A DNA stretch of 64,000 nucleotides from an uncultured Planctomycetia bacterium (GTDB lineage Bacteria; Omnitrophota; Gorgyraeia; 2-02-FULL-51-18; JAGOUK01): NCBI GenBank assembly GCA_964430735.1, contig CAYSFB010000005.1, positions 46,390-110,389 on the forward strand. Reading direction: 5' to 3'. The translations under genes and the position numbers were made by a program. The notes beneath the pieces were generated by a model. It did not search any database and had not been told where the DNA came from. It worked only from the letters and a program-made list of their open reading frames with translations. Positions 36,101 to 38,494 of the stretch are shown piece by piece; within the stretch, counting starts at the first letter, position 1, and each line of letters begins with the position of its first letter.

Positions 36101-38484
36101 TCGGCCTGTATCAGGACGCGATGCGCACCCGGGCCAAGGCCCAGGCTGCTCGGTTGGCCGCGGAGCCGCTCTTGTCGGAGGGGCTGGTAATGGAGCGCAA
36201 CATGTCACGCCGCGAGATGCTGGACCGGATGGGCGCGCTGAACACGATCGAAGGGCAGGGGTTGTTCCAGCCGGAAGACATCGACCGGATCGGCGAAAAC
36301 GAGTTTATCGCGAGAGCGCTCAGGTTTTTGGATCCGGAGACCGCCAAACTTTTCCACCATGATTCGGAACTGCCCAACATCGATTCGATGACCAGCGTCG
36401 AGCTCAAGCATCTCCTCAAGAGCGTCGGCTTCGACGACGTCAAGGGAACCGACCGGTTCTTCATCATCTCGGGTCCGTCCGGCGTCGGCAAGGGAACCCT
36501 GATCCTGGACGCGATGATGAAACAGCACGGAGATATCTTCAACCGCGTAATTCTCTACAACACGCGCAACCGCCGGCCCGGCGAAGTGGACGGCCGCGAA
36601 TACCGGTTTGTGACGCCCGAAAAAATGACCGAACTTGAGAAGAGCCGCGGACTGATCGTGGTGAAGGAGCCCCTCGGCGGCGACATTCACGGTATCGACC
36701 CGGCGGATCTGGAAGCCAGTTTTTCGAGGTCCGGACTCTCGGTGATCGAAGTCGCGAACAACGCGGCTCAGGCGATCCGCGAGCGCTGGCCGGTGCGGTC
36801 CGTCTTCATCACCCCGCTTTCCGAAGAAGAAGTGCGCAACCAGATGCGGTCGTCACAACTCACCTACGAGGAAGTGATCAAGCAGGAAATCCGCAAACGG
36901 ATCGCGGCGCGCAACGCCAAGACGGGCGCGACGATCGGCGAAAAGCAGCTTGAGGCCCGGTTGGATTACGCGGTCGAGCAGATCCGCCGCAAGGACGAGT
37001 ACGACTTCACCGTCAACAACCCGTGGGAATCGGTGGACATCACCTTCGAGAAGATGATGCGCCTGATCTTTGGAACCGCGATTCAATCCGTGCTGAAAAA
37101 GCAGGACCCCGACGGTCCCTACAGCTCCAACGCGTTCCTTCAGGTCGACGCTTCCTCCGCCACGCGGAGTCAGACGAAACAGCTTCTGGAAGTTCTCGGA
37201 CAGTACTACACCATTCACGAAGGCCTTCGCACCGTCAATGCGAACGTGCTGATCTACCGGCTCAGAAACACACTGAACATGGTCGGCGCCATGAACCAGG
37301 CCCAGCGGATCGCCTATCTCAAGCGGCAGAACCGCAAAGAGGGGATCCTGAGTTTGGCCCGGCAGTGGCTTAACCTCAACATCAAGGGCGACCCCAACTA
37401 CGGCCAGGTCAAGAGCCTCGTCGAAGAAATCGAAAAGTCCCGCACCGCCGGCGCGAGATTGGCGGGTGCAAATGGATCCTCGCCCATCAGTCTCCCCCGT
37501 GTATTGACAGTGAACGTGCCTGAAGGTTTGTCAGACAACACGCTGGCCGGCATCCGTAGCGTATTTGAGAGGTCGCTGCTCATTCCCTATGAACGTATCC
37601 GCTTCGAGACCGGAGCTGCGGCGGAGTCATCTGGAGTAAACGGTAATTCTTCGAGCTCAGCCGTGATTCGGTTGAAACAGCCGTTCAAGGACGCGAACAC
37701 GTCGGCTTGGAAGTCTGCCGCGCTGGCGGAAGCGCAGGGCCTCAACGAAGTCCTCGCTGCCGAACTGGCCGATAATTACGCCGGCATGAGCGCTCAAGAA
37801 CTGGCTGACTCCGTGCTTGGCAACCTGGGCGATCTCGCCGAGTCGGATCTTCAGCTCGTCCGTCTGTGGCTTATCATGCAGGAAGCGGACCGCGCCGATG
37901 AAGTGACCCTCACCCCAGGCGCTCAGCAGATGGTCATGGGCGAGAAGCCGGGCCGGATTATTCTGACTCCCGAGACGATCCTTGCCCAAAATGAAGCGGC
38001 CCAGGCTCTCGAAAGCGCGCGTTTGGCCGCCGGACACTTCGGCAACGTCGAGGTGGTCATCTATAAGCCCGCAACCTTCTCCAGCGAAGATCAACGGAAT
38101 GAATTCGAGCGAAGAATCAAATCGATGCATGAGATTGCCGGACAAAGAATCACGGTCGAGGCCCTGAAGCCCGCCCCTCCCGCCTTATCAGCGGACCTCA
38201 TGCGCGGGTTGATCAGCATTCGCAACGAACGCGATCCCAGAAAGACGATCGTCGTGGATCCCGCAGCGGCCGGGCGCATGGAAGCGCTGATCAGCAATCT
38301 TGATGAAACCGGCGGCATGACGACCCCTGCTAAGGACGCCGGGTTTGTGCTCCACGCGGCCAGCAATGCGCTGCCTGGAGTCACGAAGTCCAACATTACG
38401 GTTTTTGACAAAACAATCGGCGCATTGAATGCAATTCTGACCCGGTTGGTGATGAGTCAGGAGACGACCGAGGTCGCTGCATAA
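7561..38484 (+). CDS. Giant (10,307 aa) signal-anchored multidomain protein. It carries a conserved N-terminal module plus glycan-metabolism enzyme domains (GT2-like, GT5-like, Nudix x2, guanylate-kinase-like x2, putative glycosidase, CBM- and YD-like regions).
   Basis: A single uninterrupted 30.9-kb frame. The N-terminus MTLQRPGFKLLVKIVASVTVVTFFFQDVVMA is a signal anchor. Recognisable enzyme motifs remain in frame throughout (sub-features follow). A purine-rich stretch precedes the ATG. Antisense frames contain only short ORFs. Confidence 0.85.
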   Translation: MTLQRPGFKLLVKIVASVTVVTFFFQDVVMATGGTPVWKTTPVALSAGERGAGKQVPEVSASLGVKRSEHLDGEADELIVNIQDAHSSIGAQKAASKIFAELVSQYDLDVIGVEGSSGAIDTSLVSAFPVKKVRESVAESLLLNTRIGGAEFFQMISQDDVELVGVEDPELYQSNIRVYQRLIADEPRIRKALSALKEILTALEQSIYSQELRDFRRQRLLHESGDLKFTEYWHFLKALVVRSGLLTSGRPNLEKLIRTAELEDEIDFKSATRQRDLLVKELKTKLSGDDLASLVKEAVRFKLGKITPGRFHASLVERARDAGVDPVAYKDFILYAEYAVLYESIDFLRVFEEIAELETRVEGSLLRKTDERRLASLGRTVDILAKLLEVKLTSSDEAFFLNNRAMFEPAALQAAVEELADERGIDASRIHWRLLASEIPAAEKFYRLAKERNDAMLTNLTKRMREKGKTVAALVTGGFHTEGLSRLMQERRVSHVVYMPKFDPKDGERPYITVITQKGSFIDAEVRAEAQLEAMAMVLASAVKGGLKFEDARRIWLDSFAAEQKVKGIQIPEWSDADLAKLVDGAPSAVEFTITFDKNGIPSATALKIAISDYKRRAALARLSSAEARQAETQKMLESLKESLAADDRASTNENAAAIVIRAKERFLVQMDLTRDAAVLERRWEAEWADAYMSALRKKGVLTADTLPVEEKSAFDAEVARAKDEIRSKLQIRVAEKHRLDGDRQLASASRGTAQSPEAATAAAGSFVARVDASRLAAGARLAVMERVGSAVKFLFPFQAGSAPADAVKPEPVKPAAVEPKILDSKPRRAPKQAPKQAPVKKKAAAEPELSGAELQRLAVYEARLVGKVPAQTLERLRSKPVLVRQILSLMDLKAGVNDARVAALRRNFKSQGFAKYTGPLTRSLTLRAPPAAEKPGLLTRITKSRWIRAAVFVIYMLMLPVTAGAQGYGSWNWSKAKPHGDFPSLSSLRGLGSFNNGGNTDIVVPNPGPESVRVMASQIDALENAAWRMSQETTRSAVQDAAFAGMQAEMDRSMVHTRVADLLFNSARFPIATFGYGDVVRLTTTDDNGVILKLRGRDPLAFKIAVLSRVGNKVTGRFVVTDPQDGRMLMAPDDIVIDLSDRVMKIESVGGKPVRNVYPNAPTPVINQMRALWEGLAPKVSELAGDAWSPAEKKALAGDPYRDIFAVNTVRDIIGVYEGLDRTIRSAVEKMDKVGIGGTGAGSDEFTAQFVQSVLENRMELAAATHLRLQADLARVQLRIRELEQIQKTSGLNPDQAAELEALKGPGYLTPEAGAAIRPFDDKSAPLVTLGSLTLQEKIAALSQINPVIGDYVDAGGTADRFAGVTDQARARIIASHPYFQTMRVLRDTDASGNDRYQLFTMGQKNLAALVKGMEGLLKQEANWLRSLNQIIAAKVIDPSTLEGQIRAASQDELIRLLQDKRTGPMAILLFSRMISRGDVPVAALEALAEKMQNSTDERWRLYFMFMGLSMLESVQESGSELTGSQKAMMEAAERMLTRAREQRSREEAKRSSEQQAAQSGSRERQPVFTPYGHRFANDPAREIVSALAQKPEAAKKIADAVWNVNLKEASQIALESFPEHPKLAEWIENLKGISGAGDEVFVENVFKSARYINGLFAPYMPGSITAEVLHMSKVRIVPTQAVAKYELPLGIGRSAHVAETRYQEGAAAPIPSSPFVAVLTGNEITGGVYAGDTNLDAANFLAHVIWNTAINPDPAARAAWEKAERGILYNADEEEAELQKKLLQRNFAGMSLEDVQDLVLATLNRRQEIFSIRSEIGMSYVDEATGLQDLTSLNLIGVVEGVTRDGRTVPTSDLAVVLAMRDLSDGKVGNLGDRRIRVYAGPDSYRIVPVNEQILVPLDLLAIPEGNMPAWTQEYEPLFGASPRELSRRTVATLAKTLYLDGQKTTEEAWRSTQANAIYAFEEGLKAGGAYDRVMRGKFGADIPQIPNRELYSASATMFLVHSAVAHIASSKPSPSDVYDAYYWQKVFSQQPDRPFTASPNQLNDLVRYLARVTQINLQKNNLDPGQDLRGMSPGVWALVLPELIDLPGIEAYGPSSGSKIYFDRSSGLAREVHAWKYQPGTGIRLIVPNRVWRALEPNPRELEWGQKTSERTSDQKESAQASEGGEKQQGGTGRSGASDQSSGTKQSTGQSESTEKSGQDDRLPVIWESTGNEAGNSTAGPDQAARTQARPALAGTYEPGTPLGDFVLTPSVAQALEVLEAVELHKLKDSPTGLNLPPDGKLTEEDEKRYRLIFSGTTPDAVVTAVQNGDLTLAHIEALAQALGLREGEDASRDPLRVGGSFTDVDVARMNAVARELRKAVAPLDAKHKVMDGRFTDFKQNLEKAARDRAEALAGTDEDLSAGFSDAADQIRFAAMDAKEKAGLDATTIQILQGNTSVETMAYQLTAQGWTYGLGIRFNPISNKWEPIAGAELRSADQLEGQDTGRRSDVYNLFAGNKIITLTGLRELYQADKIAQVNLDFINSMLPGWMDLGRQDFDGLSPDQIFFVIAEKFEVQHRVILTAPALEELARLVRERKNLEERVNTGGPINRGMVFSASAGDPYTFLMGEAERVRGKVREAGDALRRQYQMPFTAGSEESDRKHRQTQEAWTNPSPAEARLKELQAQNALYTGAYFAQVQDDATVFVRPADIKDTYANLEGSPASWTILLRQIVPAAALDPNAGKPWAPMYRELRVERDRFGVPTGRAAEIIREVPRTNPDQIDSFVKNIAVPSAEEIALQRQWADAAAKVALASFKRDRVTTPKYEPTPQTIDPAIWYFSNPNLRPHIQPASASDSQSVKQADADLALATEAYNAVSRSLGTFANRKSVAEVIGAQGVESWHASARRSREELESQIRAAEEPVQRPASATKRIPTDVAAKSVQTAVAKLKTSELNKAHDQAVAALEKYQKFVASMAVSDPRQGAYLLGEDVPGYWVLDNQSNIGEWMTEEQLKSRFPDSDPAHRQYRNQIEGRPSQTVIGGTTIMYFGNYRPPQDEVKLNHFVLADPITGEREAFYTRSQLAALADEDAAKPEAERAGWHDARKALDAGENAVLLPGNKLLVTLASKATLFTDAEGLPQLRIQPVDAGPLKVADQKMLTSISSMEYAHESSTAHLEELAGKLAAVYSTELSIGHPGSSVVIGGLKTEVREFGTFAGYVSTDYMSYIPIYLQTGPNLELIDVVGTVERVPGKRGEPKGSAQHFKIAGPLEPNYRFVTPNTAEATHFSITPVANQPISLQSLTDGLSIGRDVLNPIETARLRLAGLSHGPRTGAFVIQGVASVHNPGQQMETGTNGPNAVWQPPAAADAAGGQQAIFPGASYSYSIERMREHLIPFTTTAEQLEVNNRGRVDLFGGVYIASSGNYGAAPVGYSGHPAAERALNAKELHYRQLMQLAAQSRDADVSRHLRGFAYSPHVILPESVYGGIPSFVTVELGLHQIAEQMREWLSANGGLRSTHQEFVLSTPDVALQVIAQIRNRQGKAIPSAAKPAAQPSVQPAAKPGVKDQSYFKALEERAWGSLTIQQRDDLENYRLRNKIKAPFTAVSNWIRGFARDVRNNPTAMSWREDDGAVSPDESSAATGARLAATEATADQAAPEATQSSGVFGVPQWVVRRIADSYMRVWKQQQRYAQMLQDRSGETALREAWDRDALRGNAVDPLLRMALDQNDDPFEVRKPIRFFGVIVRTDKDGKTAYETLRAGDLARIEADAETGKFYIRKRQGKTWLNQGYGTVYFNDSARMLYDRIGFRKVTEADWNRFVSAGSFGAVASQQKTSTESDAAAPTAAAAGTSDQHKTLLEIDAETNARQLAAVKSFFRKAVQQVFGNRLLRAVLTTGLMGLGLIHLSSAFLQAAAPDRDKAVAAYTAESVKNPTKLTASHYTDPRYSHIAFNYDQMMIANTFLGSGYTAEGLQILDYYLPGFEGTAPRGAVRDYKGSKMLVNAVNVRTGREDLEWHITPGPNAFAVMSYLKSHNAALKAGDPVKAERYLKAAIQIAEGLMKMQAPDGGYRHGTANPKKTAAEPHSDVIAALQWLEKTLKSRPQDAAKKDLIARIHESVEGSADGAKPGAKRFFLKHLYDREKGIVYQGYEEGKGTNFDESLDTLSWFLMTPFGQSLPDADIKKITDTMLRKYVTKVRYNGQEILGGDFADSSSPVVIDRRDGKKPMISVEWTAGMIGALQVDAVRFKDSDPVLAAEYKAKALVLLDELGKTFSQYTDRQLDAVMGPYATAGNVLVAVDGPGWLTPRGNGSAIAISILNAMVGHNFFTGQLIEGFDGIPVTPDQMTAARAKLDELAAPRTEAAPGQAPVRAPAPAQPVQVQPAQAQPVQAPVKAPAPAQPAPAAGGRQEEIKLPRVQNAPGPNNERAEYYDLDQPIELQANDQIIIEYTSHTPGRQVGLQLVPSKARADAHKDVIIYDITPNNDPLIFTAPGRVRLERLAFQYGDLPFGLKKNEMPKNRPDGENRPNGSDINVTRVRILRAPQAAQPAAVPQPAAAPQGPAAQIDMNKLNAAATPAEAAETVFQRETDHRDVMVEPDRSGVGIPASVNWPTAGAVRSLAFFGGDEVYEADEAATKKWIAENPGKPIDQMPRLNVPSPSDSGTWLMTTDRRGRFLSIDVLQGNQIEKSFTGNVQVWVPKVPGEKPATGNGVWMPIQQYIQFDAIGGVINRINSDTWVRFDLLNLAEYRDGEADPVGHSTYAVDPGSHGFMLGDLGYEIGSGSDFFKKNVKALVKYTVHRGTVRDYADPGRDSSRLYAIEHFVAKKNGSGGILHDAKGQPQFHRFVEFRDSRGFVRYTVYGGILTNFIYNNDNQLMLTRKFAVQPELFSNPVNNEVLNPDDAQQVPVTDYIGQSFYTGQTRPLTDVEERLGRRILEGRQRLLDPRQKGDFARIRTELDALTAAKEKIDALLSDVHARDSAALARMAAASDDESISVAPIQTLKNGTQEIADRRRAAAEQVFALVRGFDGFGDLDVSTVLLDQRESLVVTESVEFIRGSEGEYAQGFNRDGSEKQIRKGDAAYEEFVRLLDWQRQLSAELHRAGLKSEDSMGEGDKIGGYRALIGRSKNAGAIDAQTEQRLLGLLEKIDRAIVFGSGLLTHGELKFRGDAGLDYATAVLMSRDHTLRILDDQIAKQSAELAALPPGGVQAKQAAADLAALKRKRDDLDRITPDLAFITLYDRSSNMSDPAGLNREHLRSQSKYGVPTPPIAYDAKGRLGFAGGLALDPWQIVAASADALLHEVTTVESHNPSGEQLLRVRKLQYANGTYQAETLFGDTRDYAEGRLMQIEIPGLLKVVILRDAQGRELGQFAFGLNRERSEELSRIAGYPVRIYDVPTAYGAAKPGAWGLSDNYSLNSTVLRDDQDRPVIADRERMIPASVYLHEDGTPYTADEMALVRNQSLLAQTTRPADDRKTQFGALQDQLGKAMRTHSVERHDDFGVLAEQRIGNSILIRVLFDRQGIEYGRIELARDTNGEFTVPLSIGRVAGYLPDGQAIIEKFSFGWVAVERNGITERLLQALQNGPDGKAVYIDPKGMTDTQLHDLVQKVRTLKTVEVMRHGLLMSQTAADTRVIVDRDAAGFEVGRHTLGENPAQPGVFNVPVGDGMLRGVNLLKGAEDLNHIFARYEKVFDVARREYFFLNGRVLVETGDGTQFAFISPTDGEGRPLRLDLLATYGILAYEGGNGELVRVESIPGVDASGAPVALKASDIKRVPAKDVQQGYDGEGRILYKIVRNTFTEILYDAEHREIGRKAYSWDAVNRKFHRDIAGNPIVLSEGQVVGVSDDGNLITAIQRYLYLYDKATGKWKPKTRVVDGQDIHQTISYEEQYKSNGNLHNQTLGNMRMEVIYRDGGEIGRRSYLINPETGAIIRLHGEGDVTGYVRYQADGMETPEYHVKVAQKVYLYDESGAMVTTDGLPAAADRSNVDRLDVLEAYNEVGWIRSQLMDEKLTRVNFDPVTGLEISRARLKKWQSSDLDYTMPVSYGELFDYTDEGNALLRMRLAHYTRDADGKSVPLTTDGAAVFTPDLSNAQTVVQTAQENPLGYVFLQSNREITASYIPGNDPRAFGFSVPQSASSIYAPNGFETYSLSLAYDQAAGKSYLYSIARDPKYQIQRYTEKRDKYGRFQVKQLGKRAYTYRQDTPEPWLDLVDTSTDGYGNNWMHTYTFDGPLVMETIVDAGTNITIYKVTKNIVTGDVVRQAETVLAPYLDKQRKPVVADIRTTERSYYQGSLIVSKDVITSLDGKSITRTLRLAPDGTPDFRPETVPAQVPYADRKYSQYDSKDADGREWISGFDIHSPLGVPQWEDKADKRYVSHPGRGVISLVNEGVRTYHIKAGTRGEPKDKKVHGWAKLRIDLGIPHGIALPDEFIPNKYDGLDVSNYQYFRFWIKGVTGTEKYHVQFNDVNSQNTREQLDWAPADQSWGNGGWREVRIPVSMIGQNGVDVKRLSNLFFSFGADVGNPVGGTLQISAMEFVAFDDQGDPAKVLPLSQVIGSMETGGDTKFSKYKGPKFATKFGNADFFSHETFASPNMTVDVQSVFVVDTRAEKPGSGEWGPTCGITDYVGVTPEGQSVIRTWQLWPGTTWVEIQSVIGLPTARIYPSGFIEDNMIDSWSERVYMDHRGNSIVSVIEQGGMDRKGRKLATGDVRFVYQSVNNKAGDQVWRRDIVFGEDYFNHNDTNDQIRWEKKPDPDDNRLRRDRIYAYDEDGYETGTQPFMPDYWTKNSDPFAPERIDAPEPWSTIQESMTRDVTFDHKFPLTIAKTATPDSTMKPQEFTQGNFNNRGTPNLISGIRESWEYSLLLWSLIAAAGLTAVRRIKKLLEPRKDGYLPDAPIQPAAPAQPAQQQQPPTTAPDANSGSTAGARLATAADVSQLFAEVGAQSDAELEARLLRYSQQLEARVQYQGINPAQLPIEGPEDPKGLYIYLPRPNDFGFAKISFSGYVYKAVLTKEILHEISSDPILGFIVEEVVFPALRAGKSAAQIRELVQAYKKVWFSLIDEGYRQHKKEGVSRALGKAFMFEDMSDLHRDGRILGMRPNFMRSSVYRNYLAPDRIAATAAALTYNSSTDPANVQKAAKTFRQKLTNTLLDFLDNNRVNLQLSLAHPVRSIKKVALVVTNTLFSILAPGRTSVKGLTFWSAVTASWAVWNAWFLSVVWSNGVLPYWDFAVHGNPRALVALAVTVATNSLFVILSYYTFTYFGQAAVAWLTGKATGNTKIQADTQIRPLMTLTGAVLGAGVGWAAAAFMGLALPLIPAVVVGGLIGTYLFSDRSLKGVGSMLRDGARGGSTSLVGVNLQAQLTQEYRDLVTDLRQSSQISPAEEAQIQLQPGQTIDALDAKNIGSVQDEVARIRLRNWANAYLRRTAGLMNDVNDPQEIRSRWVRFVTKASDPYYYYYKTDPTDPKGKLTLASKKHDNGHTIITFLVQNHRTQWNNLADDLQSRGLINAAMADGMKRIQKGQSLDTIFGANPSAALEAEIERFANSRLQTVWWTIQGVLNLRRAYEEKLREVHGNTMPAADLQREVDHYFRFVVMINDTEAGFAKKRPDALQAYRDAGAVLFFKPGPSLCDRGVGSYKAILINAVRHLTAGYDLGFFVDADTEIRMEDARKLIHAGSAFDKNPRLGIVQYRTYIFNALYSLTTRMVRWPIGTFWGPVLRVRNQIGSPSFHGHNADLRTDYIYDMEGAAPDDVSEDFLVAMSFEQQETRGSWIQRIIRRLFGFKTAEIDRRAVESGYDDSIHIGEGQETDAQAYLGTTTRKWSSGTAAGSMSKTLKRLITSWRVPIAVKIDFMFNIGFYTILNRMAPYASILYATELFGFGIDSFSLLPKTLLLVTYLFSNAINTSTLLVYIEMAGGKVAGTLKFIRDFPSIMGLWVPGVTSQGKSAELGKGEKSEYTTSAKGVGLTYENIWNVYLRASRGMKVGWIILVASLAPVLPFVSSPYSDTTTYIAAMLVVLFGWMNLTHPLLYRVDPLRMEGRSGITRLVVGIWHAAKLLVFATIAPPVGLTISVAHRVANLLFLSRQWDAVEATLIVKGEKDQPPTFRDKMEASVEKIFGARLASEERVDLLDENGNPTGVTKLRSKIRPTELTRTINVFLFRKNPDGTVQVLMQIRSGKKKTFPSRRDTAAAGMAAAGESPLWTASRELAEEVGVQVDPKDLVRIGPENGYRIQETSIGVFPSEPSRKRHKGKLLTNQFRSVFVALLPPGQEVKLQDSEVAGSEWSDLDTELNAVQTNPEAYASMQFELVYPEVAKQLRAAKKLLEQAPADVSYSDVIDRWVRAGVGVATADAELLTTDALVAYLESGQLTPEMIRAISIDQKAELLRRIDLSQYDLQEKMVILSGAPGSGKDLARHAFGKQGRYVDLVAQLLLYHSREPRAGEINGIKYHFGQFNVGENTNRLVVLKNDGRILTAYINKQLQGVALERFVEQVVLRSDVAADQLLETDAVVRQDTINGMKVTVVNRSISGLAEAFKGSKFTFLEGGYDWFRQVTKKFPNVFTLFLASFTPEELTLRASNQQIIEKVWQDPLQRAVAFNLVNMMRRNQKTEMIDLRREETLKELSQAVSGWEGHPTRASDPAGAMRKLGRKVYSAEAVAKNPDLAETEATLRATAGIIESPEFIEAVNRLLGPDYLNHTFRIDESNAPLARSLAYYFHMRLAGAGRSDTSVRIAIPSAERDRTANYSKDEDMFNRMIEGVIQTLLMQEYVEGDRAGRGTIVHNAFVYGDGGEDHMKLIEATEKRHANTIADQYFGYLLSAMNAANGARLAQVEMVDVLDEAGSSKGMVRSLDKVRAQGDWHATVYVFVFDPATGKVYVQTRSKAKDLNPGKEDASASGHVEAGERDRRTAAHRVALNELGVHISIENFIAVGKESGYPVVEDRPNGPALRQYRTVYVAVLPEGEQVSPNALEVDSLKQSDVIDQLRLADSGSAEISEGLRQIYKLRRVRRALVRVQNLLEKIRLRNQDHALSRQDLLFAIRNRISTRPIRNVVLVSPEAVPVVKTGGLGDVVGEYAQSLSRLGIDVAVILPKYNRGPVTDALDTGMSFQLQLMGRTVTIKILKKKIGSATYYLLEDTDTSENSFLNEIYPKDTDADHTRSFAQSRIVSEGSLIAIKKLVEAKMMARPNIIHGHDWETGWMHAYLQTKYAQDPILGSAVHVGTDHNPRQQGPDFPARLYAELEIYNANGEIDWTHVFGMQRPGNTNVINAKRAQLLHAGAVNVVSAGNRREVLAGTQAHGNLDLYAAKGNLFRGIPNGISADRWPVLSPAVKIQAEDRLLSELNLAPRGPDTVIIGSVSRIDDQKNTQAVVRSIRRILEETDGDIRFIFAGDGHPSNQYAQEAKAMMAQLQADYPRQVRIIHKADHDLQNRIFDGLQIFLYPSNPAIGEPFGTKAAVALSKGVPAVLTRVGGLADIGTELNPVNGTGNTVFLKSTSPVEVEVELHDGIWTLMNLYRNESDQLTSILDNARNVQVDWADSTRQYLGLYQDAMRTRAKAQAARLAAEPLLSEGLVMERNMSRREMLDRMGALNTIEGQGLFQPEDIDRIGENEFIARALRFLDPETAKLFHHDSELPNIDSMTSVELKHLLKSVGFDDVKGTDRFFIISGPSGVGKGTLILDAMMKQHGDIFNRVILYNTRNRRPGEVDGREYRFVTPEKMTELEKSRGLIVVKEPLGGDIHGIDPADLEASFSRSGLSVIEVANNAAQAIRERWPVRSVFITPLSEEEVRNQMRSSQLTYEEVIKQEIRKRIAARNAKTGATIGEKQLEARLDYAVEQIRRKDEYDFTVNNPWESVDITFEKMMRLIFGTAIQSVLKKQDPDGPYSSNAFLQVDASSATRSQTKQLLEVLGQYYTIHEGLRTVNANVLIYRLRNTLNMVGAMNQAQRIAYLKRQNRKEGILSLARQWLNLNIKGDPNYGQVKSLVEEIEKSRTAGARLAGANGSSPISLPRVLTVNVPEGLSDNTLAGIRSVFERSLLIPYERIRFETGAAAESSGVNGNSSSSAVIRLKQPFKDANTSAWKSAALAEAQGLNEVLAAELADNYAGMSAQELADSVLGNLGDLAESDLQLVRLWLIMQEADRADEVTLTPGAQQMVMGEKPGRIILTPETILAQNEAAQALESARLAAGHFGNVEVVIYKPATFSSEDQRNEFERRIKSMHEIAGQRITVEALKPAPPALSADLMRGLISIRNERDPRKTIVVDPAAAGRMEALISNLDETGGMTTPAKDAGFVLHAASNALPGVTKSNITVFDKTIGALNAILTRLVMSQETTEVAA
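10390..10470 (+). other. Internal signal-peptide-like hydrophobic segment about 950 aa into the protein.
   Basis: KSRWIRAAVFVIYMLMLPVTAGAQG has a basic n-region, a hydrophobic core and an AxA-like site. Confidence 0.35.
19160..19250 (+). other. Internal signal-peptide-like or TM segment preceding the putative glycosidase domain.
   Basis: NRLLRAVLTTGLMGLGLIHLSSAFLQAAAPD. It is preceded by NARQLAA, which resembles the recurring GARLA motif. Confidence 0.3.
19300..20420 (+). other. Possible (alpha/alpha)6-barrel, six-hairpin glycosidase-like domain.
   Basis: The region from FNYDQMMIANTFLGSGYTAEGLQILDYY through EWTAGMIGALQVDAV has aromatic/Gly/Asp-rich helical-hairpin character typical of GH8/GH15/GH94-type folds. 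No catalytic motif was securely identified. Confidence 0.25.
20580..20710 (+). repeat. Low-complexity Pro/Ala/Gln-rich linker built from a short degenerate tandem repeat.
   Basis: APGQAPVRAPAPAQPVQVQPAQAQPVQAPVKAPAPAQPAPAAGG, with the nucleotide unit gctccggctcc..cc repeated. Similar linkers occur at about 21115-21190, 28160-28250 and 9975-10105. Confidence 0.5.
24800..26300 (+). other. Degenerate YD-repeat (Rhs-like beta-hairpin repeat) region.
   Basis: Recurrent Y-D-x-x-G and G-x-x-x-R-Y spacing: ILYDAEHREIGRKAY, YLYDKATGKW, VYLYDESGAMVTT, YTFDGPLVMET, YTEKRDKYGRF. Confidence 0.3.
26690..27110 (+). other. Beta-sandwich carbohydrate-binding-module-like region.
   Basis: WAKLRIDLGIPHGIALPDEFIPNKYDGLDVSNYQYFRFWIKGVTGTEKYHVQFNDVNSQ...WREVRIPVSMIG...TLQISAMEFV. 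The aromatic-rich pattern and the phrase 'YQYFRFWIKG' are typical of CBM/discoidin-like sandwiches. Confidence 0.3.
29000..29480 (+). other. Transmembrane helix bundle (about 5-6 TM helices), N-terminal flank of the GT2-like domain.
   Basis: Consecutive hydrophobic segments: LVVTNTLFSILAP, LTFWSAVTASWAVWNAWFLSVVW, ALVALAVTVATNSLFVILSYYTFTYF, LMTLTGAVLGAGVGWAAAAFMGLALPLIPAVVVGGLIGTYLF. Confidence 0.55.
30230..30850 (+). other. GT2-family (processive synthase-like) glycosyltransferase catalytic domain.
   Basis: FRFVVMINDTEAG is a degenerate nucleotide-binding motif. LGFFVDADTEI is a DxD box. SEDFLVAMSFEQQETRGSWIQR is ED plus a Q..R..W-like box, comparable to the TED / QxxRW of cellulose and hyaluronan synthases. 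The domain is flanked on both sides by TM bundles. Confidence 0.45.
31010..31735 (+). other. Second transmembrane bundle (about 6-7 TM helices), C-terminal flank of the GT2-like domain.
   Basis: IDFMFNIGFYTILNRMAPYASILYATELFGFGI, LLLVTYLFSNAINTSTLLVYIEMAG, VGWIILVASLAPVLPFV, YIAAMLVVLFGWMNL, LVVGIWHAAKLLVFATIAPPVGLTISV. Confidence 0.55.
31900..32330 (+). other. Nudix hydrolase domain (copy 1).
   Basis: Nudix box GESPLWTASRELAEEVGVQV (G-x5-E-x7-RE-x2-EE-x-G) at about 32065-32125. It is preceded by FGARLASEERVDLLDENGNPTG. Confidence 0.55.
32670..33300 (+). other. Guanylate-kinase-like P-loop domain (copy A).
   Basis: MVILSGAPGSGKDL is a Walker A box. YHSREPRAGEINGIKYHF matches the guanylate kinase TTR-P-R-x-GE-x-DG-x-Y-H-F box. 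Confidence 0.45.
34030..34440 (+). other. Nudix-like domain (copy 2, variant box).
   Basis: GHVEAGERDRRTAAHRVALNELGV. It is preceded by NGARLAQVEMVDVLDEAGSSKG, which parallels the pre-Nudix segment of copy 1 and indicates an internal duplication. Confidence 0.4.
34600..36110 (+). other. GT5-family glycogen/starch-synthase-like glycosyltransferase domain.
   Basis: VVLVSPEAVPVVKTGGLGDVVGE is the K-T-G-G-L-G-D-V signature. Also present are IIHGHDWETGW (HxHDW), GIPNGISADRWPV, VSRIDDQKN and the C-terminal YPSNPAIGEPFGTKAAVALSKGVPAVLTRVGGLADI (E-P-x-G ... T-G-G-L-x-D). Confidence 0.7.
36440..37080 (+). other. Guanylate-kinase-like domain (copy B).
   Basis: FFIISGPSGVGKGTL and NTRNRRPGEVDGREYRFVTPEKM closely match the GMP kinase G-P-S-G-x-G-K-[GS]-T and T-T-R-x-x-R-x-G-E-x-D-G-x-x-Y-x-F-V boxes. 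Confidence 0.6.
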
Positions 38485-38494
38485 AGATCAACTT

